From: Leucoraja erinacea
Lineage: Eukaryota
Direction of reading: 5' to 3'
NCBI RefSeq assembly: GCF_028641065.1
Contig: NC_073404.1
Location: forward strand, 12,338,001 to 12,402,000
Length of the DNA stretch: 64,000 nt
A program made the translations under genes and the position numbers. Below, one piece after another: positions 48,765 to 60,610 of this stretch (position 1 is the first letter of the stretch; the number at the start of each line of letters is the position of its first letter). The notes under the pieces are model-generated. The model worked only from the letters and a program-made list of their open reading frames with translations, searched no databases and was not told the DNA's origin.

Positions 48765-48927
48765 NNNNNNNNNNNNNNNNNNNNNNNNNNNNNNNNNNNN
48801 NNNNNNNNNNNNNNNNNNNNNNNNNNNNNNNNNNNNNNNNNNNNNNNNNNNNNNNNNNNNNNNNNNNNNNNNNNNNNNNNNNNNNNNNNNNNNNNNNNNN
48901 NNNNNNNNNNNNNNNNNNNNNNNNNNN
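48765..48927. other. Assembly gap (N run) flanked by poly-G
   Basis: Run of Ns. Confidence 1.
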
Positions 48928-49599
48928 GGGGGGAGGGGGGCCGAGAGGGGGGAGGGGGGTGTAGGGAGGAGAGGAGGGGGAAGAAGGGAGGGATGAGAGT
49001 GAGGGGATGGGGGTGTAGGGGAAGGGAGGGGGGGAAGGGGGAGGGGGGGGGAGGGAGGGTGGGGGGAGGGGGGGAAGGGGGAAGGAAGAGAGAGGGGGGA
49101 AGAGATGGGTGGTGAGGGAGCACAGCATTGTGGGAACTGAAGTGATCTGTCACCACCTCAGGGGAGTGTGGTGCTTAGGGAAATGACCAACGTATTTCTG
49201 GCTGATTTTAAGATCCGCCCCAGAAGATAAATAGTGCAGAGTAATTGAAGGTTAAAAGTCTTGGAACCCCGTGTTTATTCAAGCACAACACAAGATGTCC
49301 CAAACATTCACTGCACTGTCCTGTGGAGTTGGGGCATGAGCCATTGACCCAGAATGCCAGTAGGACACCTCGAAGGGAGAAGCAAATTATGTCTGCAAAG
49401 TGGGTCAATGAGAAAAAAGCTTATTTTCTAAATCTTCAGAATTTTCGTGATTTACGCAACATTAAAAAATCGATGGGCTGCTGCCTTTTGCTGAACGTCA
49501 CAGCAGGTCAACAGAATAGTTCAAACAAATGTCGCAACAACACAAACACAAGCAGGTTAAATCCTGAAACCCCATTCCAGAGTCCAGCAGAGTTCGGCA

Positions 49600-49660
49600 A
49601 TGGAGCTACTGATGATCTTTCTCTCCTTCTCGGCCCTTGGTGCCGTAGTGGCAGACGAAG
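49600..49660 (+). CDS. VTN: VTN-like copy 1 exon 1 (signal peptide)
   Basis: MELLMIFLSFSALGAVVADE|gtaact. Confidence 0.9.
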
Positions 49661-52600
49661 GTAACTTGGACTCTTCCTCCAGCTTATCGCCTGGTCTCTG
49701 CGGGCAATTGGTGACCTGTTCAGGTATCCAGTGACAACGACGGCCTACTTTAGTCAGACCGGTTCTCCCCTGATGGGAAGCCTACTTTCCTCAAGTGTTG
49801 AACTTCGGAAAGAGCGAACAACAATGTGACTGAGGATTGGCAGGAATATCTGTAAAGAGACAATATGAGATCTTCAAGGAGATGCTAGATACATTCCTAC
49901 AAGAGGGAAGAGTAAGGGAATGGCTATAGTTCCTGAGATCACCTTCAGTGGTCGCAGAGCAGAGAGTGCTGGCGGTGGGGTAGTATGGAATGCTAAACGG
50001 TGGGCAGTCAGGCTCCCTCCCTCTCTGCCTTTCATTCTCTCTGACTCTCTTCCTCAATCTGTCTGTCTGTTTCTATCTCTTCCTCCTTGCCTCTCTCTTT
50101 ATCTGTTTCTCCCTCTCCGTCTCTCTTGCTCCTGACATGGGGCGCCGCGCTGTGGGAGGAACGGTGATGGAGCACCAGGCTGTGGGAGGGAGATGAAGGA
50201 TCACTGTATGGTGGAGGGGAGATCTGAAGCTGTTGACATGATGACTGTTGAACATGGGTTGGTGAGTGTCCTGTGTTGTGTTCTGCAGAATCCTGTGCCG
50301 GCCGGTGCGATGTGGGCTTCCAGCCGATGGTGAAATGCCAGTGTGATGCCGTCTGTGCCTTCTACGGCAGTTGCTGCAGGGACTACCACACCGTCTGTGT
50401 GAAAAGTAAACTGCTTCCAAACACACACCTCAATTAAACTGCGCACACATCGTCACGCACATTAACGCACGTTACACTCTCTGACACAGTCTCACACATC
50501 AACTCACACACATTGTAACACACTGCCATATACACAGACATCTACACACAAAAACTGTACACAGCTTTGCAAAGCACATTGACACTGACAGTGCCCTCCG
50601 TAATGTTTGGGACAAAGACGCATCATTTATTTATTTCCCTCTGTACTCCACAATTTGACATTTGTAATAGAAAAAATCACATGTGGTTAAAGTGCACATT
50701 GTCAGATTTTATTAAGGGCATTTTTATACATTTTGGTTTCACCATGTAGAAATGACAGCTGTATTTATACATAGTTCCCTCATTTCAGAGCACCATAATG
50801 TTTGGGACAAATGGCTTCACAGGTGTTTGTAATTGCTCAGGTGTGTTTAATTGCCTCTTTAATGCAGGTATAAGTGAGCTCTCAGCACCTAGTCTTTGCT
50901 CCAGTTTTTCCATCACCTTTGGAAACTTTTATTGCTGTTTGTCAACATGAGGACCAAAGTTGTGCCAATGAAAGTCAAAGAAGCCTTTATGAGACTGAGA
51001 AACAATAATGAAACTGTTGGAGACATCAGCTAAACCTTAGGCGTACCAAAATCAACTGTTTCATTGTTAAGAAGAAAGAGAGCACTAGTGAGCTTACTAT
51101 TCACAAAGGGACTGATAGGCCAAGCTGATGACAAAAGAAAAAAAACCCAAACATCTGTCCAACAGATCAGAAACACTCTTCAGGAGTCAGGTGTGGATTT
51201 ATCAATGACCATTGTCCACAGAAGACTTGATGAACAGAAATACAGAGGCTACACTGCAAGATGCGAACCACTGGTTAGTCGCAAAAATAGGATGTCCGGG
51301 TTACAGTTTGCCAAGAAGTACTTAAAAGAGCAACCACAGATCTGGAAAAAAGGGATTGTGGACAGATGAGATGAAGATTAACTTACATTAGAGTGATGGC
51401 AAGAGCAAAGTATGGAGGAGAGAAGGAACTGCCCAAGATCCAAAGCATACCCCCTCATCTGTGAAACACAGTGGTGGTGGTGTTACTGCCTGGGCATATA
51501 TGGCTGCTGAAGGGACTGGCTCACTTATTTTCATTGATGATACAACTGCTAATGGTAGTAGCACAATGAATTCTGAAGTGTATAGACACATCCTATCTGC
51601 TCAAGTTCAAACAAATGCCTCAAAACTCATTGGCCGGCGGTTCATTCCACAGCAAGACAATGATCTCAAACATACTGCTAAAGCAACAAAGGAGTTTTTC
51701 AAAGCTAAAAAATGGTCAATTCTTGAATGGGAAAGTCAATCACCTGATCTGAACCCACTGAGCATACCTTTTATATATTGAAGAGAAAACTGAAGGGGAC
51801 TAGCCCCCAAAACATGCATTAGCTAAAGATGGCTGCAATACAGGCCTGGCAGAGCATCACCGGAGGAGACACCCAGCAACTGGTGATGTCCATGAATCAC
51901 AGACTTCAAGTAGTCATTGCATGCAAAGGACATGCAACAAAATACTAAACATGACTACTTTCATTTACATGACATTGTTGTGTCATATAAATGAAATACA
52001 ATTTAACCACATGTGATTTTTTTCTATTACAAATCTCAAATTATGGAGTACAGAGGCAAATAAATAAATGACGCATAGATGCTCACACAGATATGATTAA
52101 ATCCTGTCACGAATCTTCTCCAATAATTTCCCCTCCACAAGTATAGGCTCACTGGCCATCTTAAACAGCATTGGCTATTATCCGGACATCCAGCAGCTCA
52201 CCTTATCTATTGTGGTTACAAGTATCACTCAAGGTCCCAGCAATCTCCTCCTTTGCCTTCCTCAGTAATCTGGGATAGATTCCATCTAGCCCTGGGGATT
52301 TATCCACCTTTCAAGAAGCACAACATCTCCTGCTCCCCAATATCGACAAAGCCTAGAATATCGGCATACCCCTCTCTGATCTCACACTCATCCATGTCCT
52401 TCCCCTTGTCAATACCAATGCATGCATGGTGGTACAGTGTAGAGGGAGCTTCACTCTGTGAGGAATGATAGGTTTGCTAGAGTTGATAACAATCTTTTGT
52501 TCCATTGTCAGCACGTGGAGATGTCTTTGCCATTCCTGAGGAAGATGTTTATGATTTTGACACGCATGACTCCGACTTCCAGACTAACGGCACGTATGAA

Positions 52601-55600
52601 GAGTATCCAGATATGAATCCTAGACTGCAACCAGATGTGGAACAGGAGCCCACCCATGAACCAGAGCCCACCTATGAACAGGAACCCACTCAGGAGTGGA
52701 GCCCAGAACTGGTGCCCATTCATGAACAGGAGCCCACTCAGGAGTGGAGCCCAGTACTGGTGCCCATTCAGGAACAGGAGCCCACTCAGGAGTGGAGCCC
52801 AGTACTGGTGCCCATTCAGGAACAGGAGCCCACTCAGGAGTGGAGCCCAGTACTGGTGCCCATTCAGGAACAGGAGCCCACTCAGGAGTGGAGCCCAGTA
52901 CTGGTGCCCATTCAGGAACAGGAGCCCACTCAGGAGTGGAGCCCAGAACTGGTGCCTATCCACGATCTTGTGCATGGTAACCTGTGTCTCACTGATAAGC
53001 CTTTTGATGCATTCACCGACCTCAAGAATGGATCGATCTTTGCTTTCCAGGGTAAGCTGTGTGCCCCGGCAGGGCAAGACCATTCAGACCCTTGGGCTGA
53101 TTCCCACCATGCACAGAACATAGTACAGTACAGCACAGGAGCAGACCCTTCAGCAAACAATGTCTGTGCCAAACATGATGCCAGGATAAATCTCTGCCTG
53201 CACCTGATCCATATCCCTCCATTCTCTATATATCCATATAGATCCATATAATATCCTATATATTATCTGAAAACCTCTGGAACCCCATTATGTATCTGCA
53301 TCCACCACCACCACCTTCCAGATGCCCACCTCCCTCTGTATAAATAAACTAGACCCACACATCTCTCAAACTTTGCCCCTCTCACCTTGAAGCTATGCTC
53401 TCTAGTATTTATTGTTCTAATCCTGGGGAAAATGTCCCACCCCCCTCACTCCACCCACCTCGGCAGAAGAGAACCTCTTTTACTCTGAAGTTTATATGTC
53501 AAAGACAATACAGTCAAATGTTGTCCCAACCCACTGCCATGTCTTTGGCTCCCACCATTTCTTACAGGCATCCAGAGAGCCAGTGACACTCATTCCCGGA
53601 GAGGGGAAGGCAGTCGGGTTGAACACTGCCCACCCCCGTCTAGCTGCATCTGGAGGTTGAGGCTGTTTTTCTGTAAATCAAGCGGGCTTGGGGTGAACTC
53701 CAACATCACCTCCCCCAGATGGTGCAGGAGATGGCGGGGGAGCTCACTAGGAATGAAGTGTGGGACAGAGACTAACCTTTACCCAGTGTAGAGGGAGCTT
53801 CCGTCTAGGCCTGACCCTGGGCGTGTGTGATGGGACGGTGCAGACGGAGCTTCACTCTGACCCATTCTCTTCCTCTCTCCCCAGGACAATATTTTTATGA
53901 ACTGGATAAGAAAGGTGTTGTTGCTGGATATCCCAAGCAGATTCTGGATGTGTGGGGCGTGCAGGGCCCCATCGATGCTGCCTTCACTCGAATAAACTGC
54001 GTGGGACTGACCTATCTGTTCAAGGTCTGCTGAATGAGGGACTGATGGGGCCGGACTGGTTGTTGTTGTTTCTGTGTTTGAGCTGCAGTTGCTACTTCAT
54101 GTTGCATTTATTGAGCTCCACAGTGAACTATGGGAGGAGTTGGTAAAGTAGATAAACAAGGATAAGGCTGAGGGTCAACTATTGGTCACCCCACCCAGAC
54201 TGAGGGATCTGTTAGGGCAGTGCATGTTGGGTGATGTCTGCTGGGATGGTGTCTGCTAGGACGGTGTCTGCAGGGACGGCAGTGAGTGATGTGTTGGGAT
54301 ATTGTGCATTGGGATGGTGTGTTCGTATGATGTGTATTGAGGCGTGTGTGTTGGGGCGGTGATGAGGGAGTTGTGAGCGATCACAGAACTGCTTTGCCCC
54401 ACCTGAGGGGAGGAGCGTCGATCGTCTCTGGATTTTGCTCTTTACCTCGAAGGTATGTTGACGTGGTGCGTGTTGTGGTGGTGCGTGTGGGGACAGCAGT
54501 GCCTCTGTGGAACCTCTTGCTCCTCCCACAGGGCATGATGTACTGGCGTTTCAACGATGGGATAATGGAGGAAGGCTTTCCCAGGCCAATCAAGGATGGC
54601 TTCCCAGGAATTCCGACCCAGCTCGATGCAGCCCTGGCCATTCCTGCATCCGGCATCCATGGGAAGGAGCAAGTGTATTTCTTCAAGGGTAAGACGGGGA
54701 TTCTGCGCATCAGTTCAATGAGCTATCTAATCGCAAATGTAACAGAATTCGGCTCCAGTCAGCTTTGCCTGAGAGAAATATATAAAACTAGACTAAGTGG
54801 GATCCGTTGGGTCCCAGCATCACACAGGAGGGCTGGTCCCCCAATGCAAAATTCCACCTCTCCACCAATTCCAATATTGGTGGGCAGTAGGGGGGGGGGG
54901 ATTTCTGGAGCGCTAGTATGGGTGTTGTGGGCTGAATGGACTGGTTTCCAGAGGGCCAGTATGGCCATTGTGGGCCGAATGGATTCTTGGGCTGGCGGCT
55001 CAGTCACTCAAGCCTGTTGTGCTGGCAGCTCACTCATAGCTGGTGGGCTGGCAGTTGAATCACGGCTATTCCTTGAAATTCCATTTCAAGCAGGGTGCAA
55101 GGCCACCAAATTCAAGTGCAGTTTCATACCATTTCAAGCAGGGTGCTTGTCCACTAAAGACAGTGAGTCGTGATATCTCCCTCCTCCATCTTGCAGAGAC
55201 TGAGCCACGCCCACACTTCTGCGTTTTATTGTCCCTCCCCTCCTCCCACCAGAAGGGGCGTGGCTTTCATGGAATGATTGACAGGAGAGAGAATCTCAAC
55301 ATTTTTGAAACACTAATAACTCTTTTATTTTTCATCGATGGGAAAAATTGTCGGCACCTGATGAGCGGAGGGGGACTCTGAGTTAGATGGCCAAAAATCA
55401 CAGCCATACGTGGTAGCGCTTTTTTCTAAATTCAATATAAAGCGCCAACAGGAAGTGGTCAAGATTAGACTTTTAATGATATAGTAGGCAAGGCAACTTT
55501 AATTAGGCAAGGCAACTAGGCAACACGGCTTTCGCATTTCCAAACCAAAGGCAACACAGCTTTAGCATTTCCAAACCAAAACCAACACAGCTTTAGCATT

Positions 55601-58600
55601 TCCAAACCAAAAGCATCACAGCTTTAGCATTTCCAAACTATATTTTCTAACCAAATTAAGGGCACTGACAGGTCAGTAAACCACTCAGTTGAGTAGACAT
55701 GTGTTCAGTGTTATTCACAGCTCAGACTGAAAGACGTGACCCTCTCGCTCCCCCATTTTGCAGAGACGGACTGAGGCACTCAACACATCTGGGTTTTATA
55801 GTCCCTCCGGAAGGGGTGTGGTCTTCAGGAGAGAGAATCTTAACATTTTTTAAACACTAATACCTCTTTAATTTTGCATTGATGGGGATAATCCTCTTGT
55901 CCTGCGTAGCAGAGGGGAGTCTGAGTAAGATGGCCAAAAATCACAGCCGTAAGTGGCAGCGTCTTTTCTAAAAACAATATACAGAACAACAGAAAGTGAA
56001 ACAAGATCAGACTTTTAGTAATATAAGATTATGAGAGGCATAGAGAGTCAGAACCATTTACCAAAGATGGAAATATCAAAGACTAGAGGGCACAGTAACT
56101 TGAGAGAGGCAAAGTTTAAGGAAGATGTACAGGACAGGTTTTTCTTAACATTGAGAGTGGTGGGTTTCTGTAACTTGCTGCTAGTGGTGGTTGAGGCAGA
56201 TACGATAGTGGTGCTTGGAGACTTTTAGATAGGCACATCGATATGCAGGTAATGGAGGAATATACATCATGTGTCGGCGGTGGAAACTCCTTTACTTCGA
56301 CATCATGTTTGGCATGGGCACGGTGGGCTGAAGGGCCCGTTCCTCTGCTGTACTGTTCTATGTTCTATCTTCCTCCACAGGCAAACATTACTGGCAGTAT
56401 GTCTTTGAATATCAGCCCACACAGGCAGAATGTGCAGCGATACCCATGTCCATCCCCTTCCAGAGGTACGCCTACCTGATGGCTGACAACTGGGACGATT
56501 TCTTCTCAGATCTCTTTGGATCCATCTCAAGTGGTAAACCTCTGCAACTGTTTGTTCTGCTCCTTGTGTTCTAGCATTGCCTCTTGAGAATTCTCTCACA
56601 TCTCTCCTTATGTGTTATTCTTGGCCCATTTTACTTTCAGCTTCAGTAAAACACAATGTGCTGGAAGAACTCAGCAGGTCAGGCAGCATTTGTGGTGGGA
56701 GTGGATAGGTGCTGTTTCAGGTTGGGACCCTCCTTCAGACTGATAGGTGGTGTTTTGGGCCCTTCTTCAAACTCAGTATTCTTACCTACTGCTTTTTCAG
56801 GCCCGCTTTTTCATTTTTTTAATTTGCTGCAATTTCCTTCGATCCCTTTCTTTTACCTGGGATAAGTAAGGCACACATTTCCCATCCATTATGTTTTCTC
56901 ACAAAACACAAAGTGTTGGGAGTAACTCAACAGGTCAGGCAGACTCTCTGGAGGACATGGTCCCGAGAAGCGTTTGTTGAGGGCGTGGATCTGGCATTGA
57001 ATAAAGTGCAGTTGGGGTCGGTAAGTGAGTGAGTGAGATATAACCTAACTTCAGATAGCCCTTGCTTTCTCTCTCCATCCCCTCCCCCTTCCCAGTTCTC
57101 CCACCCATCTTTCTGTTTCTGCCTACATTCTATCCTTGTCCCGCCCCTTCCCCTGCCATCCGTCTGAAGAAGGGTCTCGACCCGAAGCATCACCCATTCC
57201 TTCTCTCCAGAGATGCTGCCTCACCCGCTGAGTTACTCCAGCATTTTGTGTCTACCTCTGGAAGACATGGATTGGTGATGTTTCAGGTTGGGATTCCACA
57301 AATATTGCCTGACCCACTGAGTTACTCCAGCACTTTGAGTTTTATGCAAGTTTCGAACAGCTTCATTTTTCTGCACCGCTGCATAATCTCTTCAAGATAT
57401 GTCTAAGAAGTCCTCCTCTCTCCGACATGACTTCTGTGAGACCCTCCCTCACTACTCCTCTGTGATATCTGCTGCTCTACGGCTCTTAGACAGAAGGGAA
57501 CTGACCCAAACAGCGCAGGAGGCCGAGGGGTAATCTTATAGAGGTGTATAAAATCTTGACCAACTTGTTTAGGGTGAATACAGAGTGTATTACCTAGCGT
57601 GGGGAAATCAAGAACTAGACGACATAAGTTAAAGGTGGGAAGGGAAAGATTTATGAGGTACCTGAGGCAATTTTTTTCACACAATGGATGGTGGGTATAT
57701 GGAACGAGATGCTGGAGGAGGTAGTGAGGAAGATACAATAACATAATTTCAAAGGCACTTGGACAGGTACATGGATAGGAAAGGTTTAGAAAGATATGGG
57801 CCAAAAACAGGCAGGACCACCATCACAAATGGCTCAACTTGGGCAGCAAGGGTGAGTTGGGCTGAAGGACCTGTTTCCACGCTCTTTGAAAAGGCGTCTA
57901 TCCCTGACTTCCAGAGATACTGGCTGACCTGCTGATTCCACCAGCACTGTGTTTAATTCCATCATCGCTATTGTTGCATTGATTCAAACATTGACGCCCA
58001 CACTCTGCTTGTCGACCTGGGTCAGTCTCACTGATGTTGTCCCTGCCTCTTCTTGCAGACGGCACCTCTGGCCCGTTCTCCATCAGTCAACACTGGCGCG
58101 GGATCCCTTGTAAAGTGGACTCGGCAATGATCGGCAAACTTTTCATGGTGCGCAAGCGGGAAGGGCGCGGCCGGAGGAGAGGACGGAAACACTGGAGACG
58201 ACAGCACAAGCGTTGGCACAGGAAGCACTCGTCCAGCGAGGAGGATGCCTTCACCCTCGTGCCCAGCCAGAGCGTCTACTTCTTTGTCAGAGGTGAGCAG
58301 CGCAGTCCCTACCCCACCCTAGGGACACTCGTCGCCACGTTATCCCTGGCTAGGAGAGGCGTCTTCGTCCAACAACGCCACCCTTCCAAGCCCCCATGTT
58401 ATGTGTTAGCACGAGGCACAGCTGGATTTTGAACCAGATGTTGATGTGCAGACTGCATGTGGTCACTGGTTTAAAGTTCATTGGAACTAGAGCCACCTGG
58501 TCAAGGCTTATTGGACCTGGGGTCAATAGGTTAGATTTCACTTGATCTGGGACCACCTGGACAAAGTTCTGGATCTTCTAGATGAGGAATCATCAGATCA

Positions 58601-59259
58601 GTGACAATGAACCACCACAGTCACTTGTCGCCAGTTCACTCTGTAAATAAAACCAGAGGGTGCTGGAATTATTCAGCCGTTCGGTAACCTCAATGAAAGG
58701 AGATACTGAGGCAACATTTTGCGTTGCTCAGGGACTTAGACCTGAAGCATTCACTCTGCCTCTCTCCCCAGACGCTGCACAATCTGCTGGGTGTTTCTCT
58801 CTTCATATCTCACATTTGTAGAATCTGTGGGATTTGGCTTGCTGAAGGCCATTTTCCATTGACTCCCCCCCGGTCCTTTGGCCCAAACCCTGAGATGCCA
58901 CGGCTATTCCTGGCATCCAAAGTGCTTGCGATTCACAGGATAAAGGGATCAGGGTCCTTTTGGACTTCCTTGGGAGATGCTCATTCGTGGGATGTGGGTG
59001 GAGCACTGAGTGTTGGGAGAGTGTTGCTGGACCTGGACCTCTGTAGTGGAGACTGGGAACCAGGGTCCAGAGTCACGCAGAGAGGTGTGGGTCATAACGC
59101 AGTCTCTATCATGTGGCCCAAACAGAGAACAAAGCTCTTCACTCTCTAATTTCAGATAAATATTACCGCGTTGACCTTGACACCAAACGAGTGGCCTTTG
59201 CTTGGCCTCGATATCCCCGATCCATCAACAAGTACTGGTTCAAGTGTGAGAACGAGTGA
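49600..59259 (+). CDS. VTN: Vitronectin-like, 8 exons, 501 aa (copy 1)
   Basis: Exons of 61+117+540+140+157+153+234+104 = 1506 nt join in frame: signal peptide, somatomedin-B domain, RGD, acidic linker, hemopexin repeats, basic heparin-binding segment; AATAAA at 59369. Confidence 0.95.
50289..50405 (+). CDS. VTN: VTN-like copy 1 exon 2 (somatomedin B)
   Basis: ctgcag|ESCAGRCDVGFQPMVKCQCDAVCAFYGSCCRDYHTVCVK|gtaaac; 8 Cys. Confidence 0.95.
50589..52070 (+). mobile_element. Tc1-family transposon in VTN intron 2, right end truncated
   Basis: Same family as 30961-32611; begins CAGTGCCCTCCGTAATG; broken transposase (QQDNDLKH..WESQSPDLNP). Confidence 0.92.
52512..53051 (+). CDS. VTN: VTN-like exon 3 (RGD, repeat linker, start of hemopexin)
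   Basis: tgtcag|TRGDVFAIPEED...KPFDAFTDLKNGSIFAFQ G|gtaagc. Confidence 0.95.
52676..52963 (+). repeat. Coding 48-bp tandem repeat x6 (EQEPTQEWSP[V/E]LVPI[Q/H])
   Basis: Directly visible in exon 3. Confidence 0.97.
53885..54024 (+). CDS. VTN: VTN-like exon 4
   Basis: ccccag|GQYFYELD..GYPKQILDVWGVQGPIDAAFTRINCVGLTYLFK|gtctgc. Confidence 0.95.
54532..54688 (+). CDS. VTN: VTN-like exon 5
   Basis: ccacag|GMMYWRFNDG..FPGIPTQLDAALAIPA..VYFFK G|gtaaga. Confidence 0.95.
54788..56028 (-). mobile_element. Non-autonomous Helitron
   Basis: Minus strand begins A|TCTTATATTAC and ends with hairpin GGGACCCAACGGATCCC then ACTTAGTCTAG|T; no TSD; removing it rejoins CR1-like TATATAAAA|TTATGAGAGGCATAG. Confidence 0.85.
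56381..56533 (+). CDS. VTN: VTN-like exon 6
   Basis: ccacag|GKHYWQYVFEYQPTQAEC...DNWDDFFSDLFGSISS|gtaaac. Confidence 0.92.
58059..58292 (+). CDS. VTN: VTN-like exon 7 (basic heparin-binding segment)
   Basis: ttgcag|DGTSGPFSISQHWRGIPCKVDSAM..RRRGRKHWRR..QSVYFFVR|gtgagc. Confidence 0.93.
59156..59259 (+). CDS. VTN: VTN-like exon 8 (terminal)
   Basis: tttcag|DKYYRVDLDTKRV..YPRSINKYWFKCENE*. Confidence 0.93.
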
Positions 59260-59368
59260 AAGGAAGCCAGCTCTGGACAGGACCATCACTGGCAGAGATG
59301 GGCTGCCCGCCGCCAATCCCCGATCCTTCGTGCAGGAGGACCACACCACGGGGCACATAGAATGAGGA

Positions 59369-59374
59369 AATAAA
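59369..59374 (+). terminator. Polyadenylation signal of VTN copy 1
   Basis: AATAAA 110 nt after the stop, followed by GT-rich TGGTGTTTGTTGTC. Confidence 0.7.
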
Positions 59375-59619
59375 ACCAAAATAAGCTGCCTCTCTGGTGT
59401 TTGTTGTCTTGAATTAGTCTCCCTACCATGGCATCACATAGAGTGGTAAAGAAGGTGTATGGTAATGCTAACCTTCATCAGCATTGAGTAGAATTACCAG
59501 AATGATGCCAGGGTTAGAGGTTGGACAAACTTGGATTGTTTTCTCTGGAGCATTGGAGACTGATGCGAGACTTGATGGAAGTTTATAAAATTACTAGGCC
59601 AATAGACCAATTGCAGGTG

Positions 59620-60610
59620 GAAGGAAGGGGGTGGGTGGAGGGGAGCAGGGAGGGCAGGAGGGAGATGGGGTAGGGGAGAAAGGGGAAGAGTCTGGAGGGA
59701 GGGGGAGAGAGGGTGAAGAGTGGGGAGGGAGGGGGAGATGGGGTAGGGGAGAGAGGGGGGGAGGGGGGATGATGTGTGGGGGTAGGAGAGAGATGATGAA
59801 GAGTGTGGCGGTAGGGGGGAAGAGTGGGGGGAAGAGTGGGAGAAGGGGGGGGGGAGAGAGGGAAGAAGGAGGGGGGGGAGAGGGAAGAGGAGGGTGGGGG
59901 ATGAAAGGGATGGGGGGGGGTGAGGGGGAGGGGGAGGAGAGGGGGAGGGGAGGGGAAGAGAGGTGGGGGGGGGGCGGAAGGAGGGGAGGAGGGGAGATGG
60001 GTTAGAGGGGTGAGGGAGGGGAGAGGGAAGGGGCGGGGGGGGAGAAAGGGAAGGGGGAACGGGAGGAGGAGGGATGGGGAGGGGGGGGACGTGTGGGGGA
60101 GGGAGGGGATTAGGGAGATTGGGTAGAGGAGGGAGGGGGAAGAGTGGAGGAGAAGGGGGGGGGGGGGAGAGAGAGGGTGGGGTGGGATGAGGAGGGAAGG
60201 AGGAGGGGGAAGAAGGGTGAGGAGGGGAGATGGAGGGGAAGGAGAGAGGGGTGGGGGACAGGAGGATAAAGGGATGGGGGAGGGGGAGTGGTGGTGGGGG
60301 GTATGGGGAGGGAGAGGAGGAAGGGTGGGGAGGGGGAGGGAGAGAAGAGGGGGAGGGAGGGGTGGGGGAGAGAGAGGGGAAGAGTGGGGAGAGGGAGAGT
60401 GGGAGGGGCAGGGGGGGTGAGAAGTGGAAGAGTGGGGAGGGAGGTAGGGGGAGAGGGGTAGGGGGAGTGGTGGAAGAGGGACAGAAGGGTAGGGGAAGGG
60501 GGGGGGGGGAGAGGGGGGAGAGGGAGATGGGGTAGGGGAGGGAGGGGGGGGAAGAGTGTGGAGGGTGGGGGGTGAGAGGGGGAATAGTGGGGAGGGGGGG
60601 GGGGGTAGGG
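59620..60610 (+). repeat. About 1-kb G/A-rich low-complexity polypurine tract
   Basis: Almost only G and A with many G-runs; similar tracts at 32950-33680 (C-rich), 33870-34130 and 48928-49110. Confidence 0.9.

Noticed and set aside
45460-49600. SARM1 or another gene between RSKR and VTN
   Set aside because: Only repeats, a LINE and a 163-nt gap are visible; no exon-like sequence recognised, though the gap content is unknown
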